In this document: piece by piece, positions 44,903 through 55,291 of the stretch | How the letters are laid out: each line of letters begins with the position of its first letter | How positions within the stretch are numbered: position 1 is the first letter of the stretch | NCBI GenBank assembly: GCA_018715325.1 | Contig: DVLV01000098.1 | Span: forward strand, 2,189-66,188 | Origin: Candidatus Stercorousia faecigallinarum | GTDB lineage: Bacteria; Cyanobacteriota; Vampirovibrionia; Gastranaerophilales; Gastranaerophilaceae | DNA length: 64,000 nt | Direction: 5' to 3' | Position numbers and translations under genes: made by a program | The notes under the pieces: model-generated | What the model saw: only the letters and a program-made list of their open reading frames with translations | The model's database searches: none | Told to the model about the DNA's origin: nothing

Positions 44903-46192
44903 ATGTTGTATAAATTATTAAAGGCTCAGCGGAAATTTTTAGAAATCCCGCACGATTATACATTAGATGTTGCGGTATATCAGGGAGGTTACGGCTCAGG
45001 GAAAACGTTTGCAGGTTCTCTTCTGGGAATTTTACTTGCATTAAAATTCCCGGGTGTGCGCGGATTGGTCGGTGCACAAACTTATACTCTTGTTAGAGAT
45101 ACTACTTTACAAACTTATTTTGAACATTTAGAAAATTTTGGTTTTGTGGACGGCAAGGATTATGAATGGTCATCAACTCTGCAAAAACTGACTTTTAAAA
45201 ACGGTTCGGAAATACTTTTCAGACATTTTGACGAGCCTAATAAGCTTAAGTCTTTAAATCTCGGGTTTGTAGAAATTGAAGAAATGTCGGATATTCCTTA
45301 TGATACTTTTAAAATGCTTTTAGGGCGTATGCGTCAGAGAGTTAAAAAAGTTTGGAAGAATTTTACCTACCGAATTTTTGGTCATACAAACCCTGAAATG
45401 CAAAGAGGCTGGATTTACAAAACGTTTGTTGAAAATCCTGCTCCGAATTATAGGCTTATCACTGCACCAACAACCCAAAATATTTATTTGCCCGAGGGTT
45501 TTTGTGATGAACTAAAAAAACTTTATGATGAACAATATTATAATATATTTGTTCTTGCTCAAAACGGGGAATATAATAACGGGCTTGTTATAAAGGATTT
45601 TACCGATGCAAATATCAAAGATATTTCTTACCAGCCTGATATGGATTTGCATATTTCCTGCGATTTTAACGTTGACCCTATGTGCTGGGTTTTTGCGCAT
45701 AAAACAGATGATAAAGTTTTTTACTTTGATGAAATTGCAATGGAAAATACTACAACTGCAAAAGCCTGCGATGAATTTTACAGACGTTACCCGAACCATA
45801 AAGGGAAAGTAATCGTAAACGGTGATGCATCAGGCGATAACAGAAGCTGTACAAGCGAATATACAAATTATGTAATAATCAAGAAAAAACTTTTACAATA
45901 CGGCTATGATGTTGAAATTCAGATTAAAGCATTTAACCCGCCTATTAAAAACAGGATAATGGCTTTTAATTCAAAAGTTCGTTCCGCAAATGGCGAAGTT
46001 TGTCTGTTTGTTGATAAAAGATGTGAAAAACTTCTATATAATATTTACAATCTCAAATATAAAGAAGGTTCGTCAAAGATTGATATTCCGACTTATCAGC
46101 AGATAAAGCAGTCAAAAGAACTTAAATTTTTATCTCATCCAATGGATGCTGCTTCGTATCTTGTTGACTTTTACTGGCCTATAACACTTTAA
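44903..46192 (+). CDS. phage terminase large subunit
   Basis: Walker A YQGGYGSGKTFAG, a downstream acidic Walker B-like block GFVEIEEMS, a C-terminal nuclease-like half, and a length of 429 aa. Confidence 0.8.
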   Translation: MLYKLLKAQRKFLEIPHDYTLDVAVYQGGYGSGKTFAGSLLGILLALKFPGVRGLVGAQTYTLVRDTTLQTYFEHLENFGFVDGKDYEWSSTLQKLTFKNGSEILFRHFDEPNKLKSLNLGFVEIEEMSDIPYDTFKMLLGRMRQRVKKVWKNFTYRIFGHTNPEMQRGWIYKTFVENPAPNYRLITAPTTQNIYLPEGFCDELKKLYDEQYYNIFVLAQNGEYNNGLVIKDFTDANIKDISYQPDMDLHISCDFNVDPMCWVFAHKTDDKVFYFDEIAMENTTTAKACDEFYRRYPNHKGKVIVNGDASGDNRSCTSEYTNYVIIKKKLLQYGYDVEIQIKAFNPPIKNRIMAFNSKVRSANGEVCLFVDKRCEKLLYNIYNLKYKEGSSKIDIPTYQQIKQSKELKFLSHPMDAASYLVDFYWPITL

Positions 46193-46204
46193 AGAAAGGA
46201 AATT

Positions 46205-46435
46205 ATGGATAAATTCATAGAATATTCTCCGATAATTATTGTAGTTTTAATGTTTTTTGTTCAGCAGAAAATATTCGTAACTCCCGAGCAGCTTGAGAAA
46301 AAACATAGAGAGATAATCGAAGAAATAGAAGAAAAGTTTGTAACAATACACAGTTTTATTGATTTAAAAGATCAATTTTCCGAAGTTAAAGATAAAATTG
46401 ACAAAATGTATGATTTGTTGATTGATTTGAAATAA
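46205..46435 (+). CDS. small membrane protein with N-terminal TM and coiled coil (holin/spanin-like, speculative)
   Basis: The TM YSPIIIVVLMFFVQQKIF is followed by a charged helical tail. It is the last gene of the co-directional phage block. Confidence 0.35.
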   Translation: MDKFIEYSPIIIVVLMFFVQQKIFVTPEQLEKKHREIIEEIEEKFVTIHSFIDLKDQFSEVKDKIDKMYDLLIDLK

Positions 46436-46552
46436 TGTTAATAAATTGTTACAAAAGACTGTTTTTTATTAAAGTTCACGCATAATAATGCCGTCAATTC
46501 GAATAACGGACATGTTGTTACTAAGATAAATCGAAAGGAAAGCGTTACTAAA

Positions 46553-48229
46553 ATGGGATTGGCGGCTTCACAAGCGAGATTTCTAGCCATAACATCAAGA
46601 AAGTTGAATTGCGAATTTCAATCAATGCAAATTGCGCAAGAAAAACTTTCTATTACCCGTGATCAGCAAAAAGCTGCAGAAGAATATCAAAATTCTTTGA
46701 ATGCAACTAAACTCGTATGGGATACAGTTGATGATGATGTTTACGATTTATCTTACGATATAATGATGAAACCTTCAGCTCTTAACGAGTATGACCCGTA
46801 CTTAATTACGGATGCTCAAGGTAAGATCGTTTTGTCTGAAAGTATGTTCCAGGCTGCAGTAGATGCAGGTATCATTGATGAAAAAACAGGTGATCCTAAA
46901 GTGTCACGTTCTATGGGTAGTACATCATTAGACGATAACAACAGAAGTAAAACAGATGGTTCCCGTAACGCATTTTTGTATCAATTGGGCGTATATAATC
47001 AGGCAGATGCTTCAACTATAAATGCAGTAATAAAACTTGGTAAGGATGGCTACACCGATTCCGGTGTAGGCGGTGAAATTATTGATAAAACTCTTGCAAA
47101 TTCATTTACCACTAATGCATTTATTAATTACTTGAAAGAAGCAACATACACAAGTGATGACGGTACGCACAAGAAAGGTGATCCTCTTTATGCAATAAAC
47201 CTTAAGGATATATTCTCTACTGCAGGTCTTAATTTAACCACCACGACATCGCTGAAAAACGATAAAGATATTGCTGTTACAAAAAATGGTCAGCCTATTA
47301 CCGATCCTAAAGAGTTAGAAGAGATTACACTCGGTGATATAATTGACGGTAATTATGCCATTGCAGCTAAAGTAGATGCTGGAGTTATGGAAAATAATGT
47401 TGCTACTGTTATTTTAGATGCAATGGCAGCAGCATTAGGTAAGGGCAGTTCTGGCAGTGTTAACGGCTTAAATGTTGACGATGAAGCTAATGATGCATTA
47501 AATAATGCATGGGAATTTACTAAAGCTTTATTGAATTCAACTCAAACATCTTCATCTAACGGTGCTATTATTTCATCTTCCGTAAATAATGCAATTTCGA
47601 AATCAGAAGAAGTTAATAATATTGTTCAAGGAACAAATGGTGTAACCGCTGTGAACGTAAGCAATATGCTGAAATCATATTTGACATATTTTGCTATTTC
47701 TATGGTGGGTTATGAGTATGGCGTAAGTGTTGATGCCGGTTCTTCTGCTAACAGCTCATATATAACCGATGATGTTTCATATAATTTCGTAGTCAAAAAT
47801 GATAATGCAATGACAGAGCAAGATGCATTAAACGCTGATTTTTATAACATGTTGTATAACCAATTATGTATGAACGGTGCTTGTACCGATAAGATGAAAA
47901 GACAGCAGGTAACCGATCCTGATTATCTTAACAACGCATTGAAAAATGGTCAGTTATTTATCTCTTCACTAAATAACGACGGTTATTTCTACCAGGGGCA
48001 TTATACTCTGAACGGTCATGTTGCGGAAGTTACTGACGACGATGCTGTCGCTCAAGCTGAGGCTGAATACAATGTTAAGAAAAGTCAGCTCAATACCAAA
48101 GAACAATCACTGGAAGTAAAGATGAAAAATATTGATACAGAGCTTTCTGCGTTGACAACCGAATATGATACGGTTAAAAACTTAATAAGCAAAAACGTAG
48201 AAAAAGTATTCACAATGTTTAGTACGTAA
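46553..48229 (+). CDS. hypothetical protein with helical N- and C-termini and a Ser/Thr/Asn/Asp-rich centre
   Basis: 558-aa ORF with SD GAAAGGAAAG upstream. Heptad-like termini: SQARFLAITSRKLNCEFQSMQIAQEKL... and ...KEQSLEVKMKNIDTELSALTTEYDTVKNLI. Confidence 0.5.
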   Translation: MGLAASQARFLAITSRKLNCEFQSMQIAQEKLSITRDQQKAAEEYQNSLNATKLVWDTVDDDVYDLSYDIMMKPSALNEYDPYLITDAQGKIVLSESMFQAAVDAGIIDEKTGDPKVSRSMGSTSLDDNNRSKTDGSRNAFLYQLGVYNQADASTINAVIKLGKDGYTDSGVGGEIIDKTLANSFTTNAFINYLKEATYTSDDGTHKKGDPLYAINLKDIFSTAGLNLTTTTSLKNDKDIAVTKNGQPITDPKELEEITLGDIIDGNYAIAAKVDAGVMENNVATVILDAMAAALGKGSSGSVNGLNVDDEANDALNNAWEFTKALLNSTQTSSSNGAIISSSVNNAISKSEEVNNIVQGTNGVTAVNVSNMLKSYLTYFAISMVGYEYGVSVDAGSSANSSYITDDVSYNFVVKNDNAMTEQDALNADFYNMLYNQLCMNGACTDKMKRQQVTDPDYLNNALKNGQLFISSLNNDGYFYQGHYTLNGHVAEVTDDDAVAQAEAEYNVKKSQLNTKEQSLEVKMKNIDTELSALTTEYDTVKNLISKNVEKVFTMFST

Positions 48230-48319
48230 TAATAAATTTTTCCTTAAGATTAAGCAAATTTTCCTTGTCCATGCTAGTATTAAAATAAGAAGTACCGGAA
48301 TGGAGAGGAAAATTTTATA

Positions 48320-50956
48320 ATGTTAAGTTTTTTATTAAAGATGTTGGGCGATCCTAACGAAAAAAAAGTTAAAAGTATTATGGGGATAATTGACCATATA
48401 AATGCTTTGGAACCGCAGTTTGAACAGCTTACGGATGAGGAGCTGCGGGCAAAAACCGATGAATTTAAGGAAATACTTGCCAAGCGTCCCGCATCTGATG
48501 ATTTTAAAACTGACAGAAAGTTAGAAAAAGAAGCTCTGGATAAAATTCTTCCAGAAGCCTTTGCAACCGTAAGAGAAGCAGGCAAGCGCGTTTTAAATAT
48601 GCGTCATTTTGATGTTCAGCTTATAGGCGGCTATTTTCTCCATAACGGTCATATTGCCGAGATGAGAACAGGGGAAGGTAAAACCCTTGTCGCTACGCTT
48701 CCTGCCTACTTGAATGCATTGACAGGGAAAGGTGTTCACGTAATCACGGTTAACGACTATCTTGCAAAACGTGACAGCGAGTGGATGGGAAAAATATACA
48801 AATTCCTCGGTCTTTCTGTCGGTGTAATCCTCTCGGGCGGAAGAACTGCAGATGATTTCGCTGCTAAAAAAGCCGCCTATGACTGTGATATTACTTACGG
48901 TACAAATAATGAATTCGGCTTTGACTACTTGCGTGACAATATGGCTGCAAGCCTTGATATGCTTGTTCAAAGACCATATAATTATGCGATTATCGATGAA
49001 GTTGACAGTATTCTTATTGATGAAGCAAGAACTCCGTTAATTATAAGCGGAAGACTTGAAAAATCGGCTGAAACATACCAATTAATGGCAAAAGTCGCTC
49101 CTCAATTAGAAAAAATTAAAGATTACGAAGTTGATGAAAAAAATAAAAATATTATTTTAACCGAAGACGGTATCGACAGGGCTCAGGAAATTATAGGAGT
49201 TCAGGATTTATTTGATATAAATACACAGTATGCCCATCATCTTTTGCAGGCACTGAAAGCTAAAGAATTGTTTGTAAGAGATACGGATTATGTGGTTAAA
49301 AATGATGAAGTTGTTATCGTAGACGAGTTTACGGGACGCCTTATGGAAGGCAGACGCTGGTCTGACGTACTTCATCAGGCTATCGAAGCTAAAGAAGGCG
49401 TAAAAATTCAGGATGAAACTCAAACTCTTGCAAGTATTACTTTCCAAAATCTGTTCAGATTATACCCGAAACTTTCCGGCATGACAGGTACTGCAATGAC
49501 TGAAGAAGCAGAATTCGGCAAGATTTATAATCTTGAAGTTACTACAATTCCGACAAATAAACCTGATATAAGAGTTAACTATCCCGATGTAATTTATAAG
49601 ACCGAACGCGCCAAATTTAATGCGGTTGTCGAAGACATTATCAGAATGCATAAAATCGGACGTCCCGTTCTTGTCGGTACAATAAGTATTGAAAAATCGG
49701 AATATGTATCTTACCTGTTAAAGCAAAAAGGAATTCCACACCATGTCTTAAATGCCAAACATCATGAAAAAGAAGCTTATATTATTGCACAGGCGGGACG
49801 TGTAGGAGCCGTTACAATTGCTACAAACATGGCAGGGCGCGGTACGGATATTCTTCTCGGCGGTAACGCGGAATTTCTTGCAAAAGAAATGCTTGATAAT
49901 AAAGGAATTACTTCAGAAAGCCCGAATTATGAAGAAGAAAAAGAAAAAGCATTAAAAGAAGCCCGTGCAATTACGGAGGCTGAACACGCAAAAGTTGTTG
50001 AAGCGGGCGGTTTGCACGTTATAGGTACAGAACGACACGAATCACGCCGTATTGATAACCAGTTAAGAGGTCGTGCTGCCCGTCAGGGCGACCCCGGCTC
50101 TACGAGATTTTTCTTATCTCTTGAAGACAACTTAATGAGAATATTCGGCGGTGACAAAATTACGGCGTTAATGAATATGCTTAACGTTGAAGAAGATTTG
50201 GCTATTGAAAATACTCTTATCACTAAACAAATTCAATCAGCTCAGAAAAAAGTTGAAACATATCATTTTGACATAAGAAAATCAGTTCTTGAATACGATG
50301 ATGTAATGAATATTCAACGTGAAAAATTCTATGCTCAGCGCAGAAAAGTTCTTGCAGGTAAGAATTTGTCAGAAGATATTTATTATATGATTGAAAAAGA
50401 AATAGACAGATTGCTTAGAAGTTATATTGCGCCTGATTTACACCCCGAAGAATATGTTTATGAAGATTTGCAGACAATGATAAAAGAACTTCACTCAATT
50501 ATTCCGCAATTGTCAGGAGTTCAAGTTTCAGATGTTCAAAATCTCAGGTTTGAGCCTATATATGATAAATTAAAAACGCTTGCAATTAATTCATACAGAC
50601 AGCACGAAGAAGAAGTTATAAATTTTTATAATCAGGTAATCTCACAATACGACCCTGACGCAATCCCGCAGGAAGCATTCAGTGAAAATAATGTAATCAG
50701 AAATTTAGAAAAAGATATATTGCTTCGTGTTGTAGATAATAAATGGATTGACCACCTTCATAATATTGATATGTTGAGAGAAGGTATAGGACTTCGTGCA
50801 TACGGGCAGAAAGATCCCCTTATCGAATACAAGCGCGAAGCTTATGACCTGTTCAATAAGATGATGTATGAAATTCAGGGTGATACCGTAAAACACCTGT
50901 TTAGAACAAAATTCGGTATACAGGTAATCGGTCCTTCTGATGAAGGTATTGCGTAA
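48320..50956 (+). CDS. secA: preprotein translocase ATPase SecA
   Basis: FDVQLIGG...[43 protein letters not shown] and the overall length of 878 aa. Confidence 0.95.
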   Translation: MLSFLLKMLGDPNEKKVKSIMGIIDHINALEPQFEQLTDEELRAKTDEFKEILAKRPASDDFKTDRKLEKEALDKILPEAFATVREAGKRVLNMRHFDVQLIGGYFLHNGHIAEMRTGEGKTLVATLPAYLNALTGKGVHVITVNDYLAKRDSEWMGKIYKFLGLSVGVILSGGRTADDFAAKKAAYDCDITYGTNNEFGFDYLRDNMAASLDMLVQRPYNYAIIDEVDSILIDEARTPLIISGRLEKSAETYQLMAKVAPQLEKIKDYEVDEKNKNIILTEDGIDRAQEIIGVQDLFDINTQYAHHLLQALKAKELFVRDTDYVVKNDEVVIVDEFTGRLMEGRRWSDVLHQAIEAKEGVKIQDETQTLASITFQNLFRLYPKLSGMTGTAMTEEAEFGKIYNLEVTTIPTNKPDIRVNYPDVIYKTERAKFNAVVEDIIRMHKIGRPVLVGTISIEKSEYVSYLLKQKGIPHHVLNAKHHEKEAYIIAQAGRVGAVTIATNMAGRGTDILLGGNAEFLAKEMLDNKGITSESPNYEEEKEKALKEARAITEAEHAKVVEAGGLHVIGTERHESRRIDNQLRGRAARQGDPGSTRFFLSLEDNLMRIFGGDKITALMNMLNVEEDLAIENTLITKQIQSAQKKVETYHFDIRKSVLEYDDVMNIQREKFYAQRRKVLAGKNLSEDIYYMIEKEIDRLLRSYIAPDLHPEEYVYEDLQTMIKELHSIIPQLSGVQVSDVQNLRFEPIYDKLKTLAINSYRQHEEEVINFYNQVISQYDPDAIPQEAFSENNVIRNLEKDILLRVVDNKWIDHLHNIDMLREGIGLRAYGQKDPLIEYKREAYDLFNKMMYEIQGDTVKHLFRTKFGIQVIGPSDEGIA

Positions 50957-51030
50957 ATCCTGCAGGCTTGAACTTATTAAAAAAATAGTCTATAATTAAT
51001 GTAGATTATTTTTTTATAAAGGAGTAATTT

Positions 51031-51797
51031 ATGAAAGATTTAATAGAATTACCCTACCCACGGGGGGGGGGCGTTTTGTAGCTTGTAAAGAGAGTTTTAC
51101 GCTCTTATGTAATTCGTTTAAAATTAATCAAGCTGTGCGTTTGGGGTTTACGCTCGCTGAAAGTTTAATTACTCTCGGAATTATAGGTATTCTTGCCGCT
51201 TTAACTCTACCTGTTATTGTAGAAAATCATCAAAAGCAAGAAACTATAGTGCGCTTAAAAAAGGTTTATTCTACAGTTTCCAATACGTATATGTACGCTG
51301 TAAATTTATATGGAGCTATTAATACATGGGATTGGAGTGATAAGCAACAAGTTTTTGATACATACTTATTACCTCTTTTACCTTCTGTAACTACTTTTAA
51401 TTCAAACTGTGCTTGGGGAGCTTGTTTCTGTGTTTCAACAACTGATAAAATCATTTGGGCAGCTAATCTTGAACATGAATACAGATGGCCTGGTGGTCAG
51501 GGAATTACTTCTCCTATACCTTCCAGTTCTCCGTCTATTCAGTTTCCTGACGGGGCTTGTGCAATAATTGATAAAGAAACTATTTGGATTGATGTTAATG
51601 GAGCCTATAAACTTCCAAATGTAATTGGAAAAGATGTATTTGTTATTGGTATTAATGAAATGGGAGGTATTGAACCTTATAGACCATATGGAAGAGACAC
51701 ATGTGGAGCAGATTATAAAAAACAAAAAAGCGGCTCAGGATTGGACTGTGCTACTAAAATCATTGAGCAAGGCTGGCAAATAACTTATCCATGGTAA
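51031..51797 (+). CDS. phase-variable prepilin-type protein (pilin-like paralogue 5); SD-linked ATG is out of frame at G10
   Basis: AAAGGAG-N6-ATG at 51031. With G10 the frame stops at 51079-51081. With G11 it reads MKDLIELPYPRGGGRFVACKESFTLLCNSFKINQAVRLG|FTLAESLITLGIIGILAALTLP... through to 51797. The track ORF starts at GTG 51135, which has no SD. Confidence 0.7.
51062..51071 (+). repeat. homopolymer G10 between the start codon and the prepilin motif
   Basis: Counted directly: ccca c gggggggggg cgtt. Confidence 0.95.
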
Positions 51798-51871
51798 TAC
51801 AATCTTGAAAATAAGTAACAAATAGGCTATAATTAATATGGATTATTTGTTATTTTATGAAAGGAGCAATT

Positions 51872-52623
51872 ATGAAAAGATTAAACGCAAAACAGGCACA
51901 TAAATTTAATAAGTTTCATAAAGCTTGTGTTGAAGTGTCTGCCTGCGGATCAGTCGGGGGGGGGGCAATTCTCCAGCTCCTAAATTAGCATTCACCCTTG
52001 CTGAAGTTTTAGTAACTTTAGGCATAATCGGTGTGGTATCCGCAATGACTGTACCGACTTTAATGCAAAATCATCAGCGTAAAACTTATGTTGTGCAGCT
52101 TCATAAGTTCTATAATGAAATGTCACAAGCTTTACTGCAATATCAAACCGATAAAAATGCCATTAATCTGAAAGAAGCAGGACTGGTTTCAAATGATGAT
52201 ATAGGTGAATTTATAAAAAGCTATTTTAAAGTGGTTAATGATTGCGGAGCAGATAGAACCCCTTGCATGGCAAACGAATACAAAAAAATTAGCGGGACAG
52301 CAGTTTCTACTAATTTAAACAGATATGTAACACTGGCAAGCGGTGCTTCATTAGGTTATTCCTACAAATCTGCCGCACCTGCCAACATTCTTTTTAGTCT
52401 TGATGTCGATATAAACGGTCAAAATGGTCCTAATATAGTAGGCAGAGATGTTTTTGCAGTTTATGTTTATGAGAATGGCATAATTGATGACTATGGTGCT
52501 TCCGCCCCCGTAAGTAAAGATGACAGAGAAAACAACTTTGAAAACACATGCATCGGTACTGCTGCGGACTGGTACGGTTGTTTCGGTAAAATATTAAATG
52601 ATAATTGGGAAATGACTTATTAG
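51872..52623 (+). CDS. phase-variable prepilin-type protein (pilin-like paralogue 6); SD-linked ATG is out of frame at G10
   Basis: AAGGAG-N6-ATG at 51872. With G10 the frame stops at 51986-51988. With G11 it reads ...ACGSVGGGGNSPAPKLA|FTLAEVLVTLGIIGVVSAMTVP... through to 52623. The pilin frame has a TGA at 51931 and no usable start upstream of the motif. Confidence 0.7.
51956..51965 (+). repeat. homopolymer G10 between the start codon and the prepilin motif
   Basis: Counted directly: cagtc gggggggggg caatt. Confidence 0.95.
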
Positions 52624-52644
52624 TTATTATTGTATATTTTTGAT

Positions 52645-52672
52645 AAGGCGGGAAAATCTTCCCGCCTTTTTT
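52645..52672 (+). terminator. rho-independent terminator
   Basis: AAGGCGGGAA-aatc-TTCCCGCCTT stem followed by T-rich sequence. Confidence 0.8.
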
Positions 52673-52729
52673 GTATTTGTTTGAAGTACAATAATAATAG
52701 TGGAAATTTAAGAAAAGGAATATTTTATA

Positions 52730-53827
52730 ATGTTAAGAACCGGAATTGTCGGCTTGCCGAACGTTGGAAAATCAACTTTATTTAACGCTTTAACAAGTGC
52801 AAAAAATGCACAGAGTGCGAATTATCCGTTTTGTACAATAGAGCCGAATGTGGGTGTTGTTAATGTGCCTGATGAAAGATTGGAAGTATTACAGAAACTT
52901 TGTAAATGTTCTGATATTATCCCGACAGCAATAGAATTTGTTGATATTGCAGGGCTTGTAAAAGGTGCAAGCAAAGGCGAAGGATTGGGAAACCAATTTT
53001 TGCATAATATAAGAGAAGTTGATGCAATTATTCAGGTTGTAAGATGCTTTGATGACCCGAATACAATTCATGTCGCAGGAAAAGTTAATCCTCTGGATGA
53101 TATTGAAGTTATTAATACCGAACTTGCACTGGCAGATATGGCTTCAGTGGAAAAACAAATTGCCAAAGTTTCAAAAACCGCAAAATCAGGTGATAAAAAT
53201 GCAGTTTTATTGCTTTCGGTTCTTGAAAAAATGCAAAAACTATTAGAGGATGCAACATTTATTAATGTAAAAGATAACTTTAATGAAGATGAAATTCCTG
53301 TTGTTAAACAGCTTAACCTGATGTCTACAAAACCTGTTATTTATGCCGCAAATGTATCCGAATTTGATTTGAAAGACGGAAATGCTTACACTGAGCAGGT
53401 TAAAGAATACGCCTCTAAACATAATGCGGAAGTTGTGCTTATTTCTGCCAAAATAGAAGAAGAACTTGCTGAACTGGGTGAAGAAGAAGCTAAAGAATAT
53501 TTAAATGAACTCGGTATTGAGGACAGCGGAATAAACAGAATGATTAAATCCGTTTATAAACTTCTTAACTTAAGAACTTTTATTACTGCAGGAGAAAAAG
53601 AAGTTCACGCATGGACAATTCCTGCCGGAGCAAAAGCTCCTCAAGCCGCAGGCGTAATCCATACCGACTTTGAAAAAGGTTTTATCAGAGCTGAAATCAC
53701 TCCTTATGATGAATTTGTGAAAAACGGTTCATATGCTGCTTGTAAAGAAAAAGGTGTTACACGCCTTGAAGGAAAAGATTATATAGTACAGGACGGTGAT
53801 CTGGTACACTTCAGATTTTCAGTGTAA
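52730..53827 (+). CDS. ychF: ribosome-binding ATPase YchF
   Basis: [18 protein letters not shown], the YPFCTIEPN motif, and a C-terminal TGS-like domain (...[12 protein letters not shown]...). Confidence 0.9.
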   Translation: MLRTGIVGLPNVGKSTLFNALTSAKNAQSANYPFCTIEPNVGVVNVPDERLEVLQKLCKCSDIIPTAIEFVDIAGLVKGASKGEGLGNQFLHNIREVDAIIQVVRCFDDPNTIHVAGKVNPLDDIEVINTELALADMASVEKQIAKVSKTAKSGDKNAVLLLSVLEKMQKLLEDATFINVKDNFNEDEIPVVKQLNLMSTKPVIYAANVSEFDLKDGNAYTEQVKEYASKHNAEVVLISAKIEEELAELGEEEAKEYLNELGIEDSGINRMIKSVYKLLNLRTFITAGEKEVHAWTIPAGAKAPQAAGVIHTDFEKGFIRAEITPYDEFVKNGSYAACKEKGVTRLEGKDYIVQDGDLVHFRFSV

Positions 53828-53879
53828 TTAGCCTGACTTACTAATTTATACTTTTTAAATTTCGGCTTTTAATAATCGT

Positions 53880-55256
53880 ATGATGATTGATGATATTGCA
53901 GCAAATTTAAAAGAATTTTTTAATACTAACAGAACTAAAGATGTAAGTTTCAGAATAAAACAGCTGAAAAATCTCAAGGATTCAATAAAGCATTACGAAC
54001 CTGAAATTGTTCAGGCTTTGCGTGATGATTTACGAAAATCTGATTTTGAAATTTATACGACCGAAATCGGTTTTGTTCTTAAAGAACTTGATTATACAAT
54101 TAAGTATTTGAAGAAATGGGCTAAAACAGAAAGAGTTTCAACTCCAGTCTATTTAAAACCGTCAAATGCTTATGTTGTAAAAGAACCTTACGGGGTAGCT
54201 TTAATAATTGTTCCTTTCAACTACCCTTTTCAGCTTGCTTTTGTTCCGTTAATCGGTGCTGTTGCGGCGGGCAACTGTGCAGTTGTAAAACCTTCGAAAA
54301 GGACGCCCAGATGTACTGAAGTTATTTGCAGAATAATAGCCCAGACATTTAGCGACAATTATGTAAAATGTATTTTGCCTACGGAAATGTCATCATCAGA
54401 ACTTTTATCAGGCGATTTTGATTATATGTTTTTTACCGGAAGCACACAAACAGGAAAACTGGTTGCGGAAGCCGCTGCCAAAAAACTTATACCGTATACA
54501 CTGGAGCTTGGCGGTAAAAGCCCGGTAATCGTAGATAAAAATGCAAACTTAGAACAGGCTGCCAGAAAAATTGCCTGGGGGAAATTTTTGAATTCAGGTC
54601 AAACCTGTATAGCACCGGACTTTGTTCTGGTGCATGAAGATGTAAAACAAGAGCTTGTTAACAATTTAATAAGCTCGATAAAGAGCTTCTATGGCGTTTT
54701 TGCACAAGAAAGCAAAGATTATGGAAGAATAATTGACACAGATGCTTTCAGGCGTTTGGAGGAGTTAATAGCTCAGGAAGCTCAAAATATTATATACGGC
54801 GGTGAAACAGATGAATGCGGGTTATATATAGAACCAACTCTTTTATCCGTTGATACTTATGATTGTCCGTCGATGCAGGAGGAAATTTTCGGACCTGTCC
54901 TTCCTATAATGACATATATAAATATTGACAGTGTTATAGATACTCTGCGTAATAAACCGAAACCTTTAGCGCTGTATGTATTTTCCAAGGATAAAGAATT
55001 TTATTGGAAAGTAATAAAAAGTCTTTCATTCGGCGGCGGTGCCGTTAATGATACAATTCAGCATACAACAAATGTAGAAATGCCGTTTGGCGGAATAGGT
55101 TATTCCGGTGTGGGGAGATATCACGGTAAATATACATTTGATGCGTTTACTCACTTAAAAAGTATTCTTGTCCGCAATCCTGAAATTGATATGAATATTA
55201 TGTATCCGCCGTATTCTTTTGATACAGTGAAGAAAGTGAGAAAATTTTTCGGTTAA
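53880..55256 (+). CDS. NAD(P)-dependent aldehyde dehydrogenase (class-3-like)
   Basis: ELGGKSP and the catalytic Cys context GQTCIAPD, together with EEIFGPVLP. Length is 458 aa. Confidence 0.85.
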   Translation: MMIDDIAANLKEFFNTNRTKDVSFRIKQLKNLKDSIKHYEPEIVQALRDDLRKSDFEIYTTEIGFVLKELDYTIKYLKKWAKTERVSTPVYLKPSNAYVVKEPYGVALIIVPFNYPFQLAFVPLIGAVAAGNCAVVKPSKRTPRCTEVICRIIAQTFSDNYVKCILPTEMSSSELLSGDFDYMFFTGSTQTGKLVAEAAAKKLIPYTLELGGKSPVIVDKNANLEQAARKIAWGKFLNSGQTCIAPDFVLVHEDVKQELVNNLISSIKSFYGVFAQESKDYGRIIDTDAFRRLEELIAQEAQNIIYGGETDECGLYIEPTLLSVDTYDCPSMQEEIFGPVLPIMTYINIDSVIDTLRNKPKPLALYVFSKDKEFYWKVIKSLSFGGGAVNDTIQHTTNVEMPFGGIGYSGVGRYHGKYTFDAFTHLKSILVRNPEIDMNIMYPPYSFDTVKKVRKFFG

Positions 55257-55260
55257 TACA

Positions 55261-55288
55261 AAAGCCCGTTTTATAAAACGGGCTTTTA
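55261..55288. terminator. bidirectional rho-independent terminator
   Basis: AAAGCCCGTTT-tata-AAACGGGCTTTT lies between convergent genes ending at 55256(+) and 55292(-). Confidence 0.8.
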
Positions 55289-55291
55289 AGT

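Larger units (their letters stand above)
34734..46435 (+). mobile_element. compact phage-like island (head/packaging/lysis genes plus cargo); boundaries uncertain
   Basis: A co-directional block encodes an amidase, capsid, TerS, portal and TerL plus non-phage-like cargo. No integrase, replication genes, tail fibre or att repeats were recognised by eye. Confidence 0.55.

Noticed and set aside
48280-48970. Minus-strand ORFs 48280..48585 and 48593..48970
   Set aside because: They are antisense to the unambiguous secA gene.
33000-49000. att direct repeats, an integrase or a tRNA flanking the phage-like island
   Set aside because: I found none by eye. A proper self-alignment is needed, so this absence is weak evidence.
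51135-51137. GTG 51135 (and GTG 25862) as true starts that would make the G10 tracts irrelevant
   Set aside because: GTG 51135 would give a plausible short leader, MRLG|FTLAE. However, neither GTG has an SD, whereas strong SD-ATG pairs sit upstream of every tract. For 51872 and 62973 no alternative start exists in the pilin frame. Low-level tract-independent initiation at 51135 cannot be excluded.
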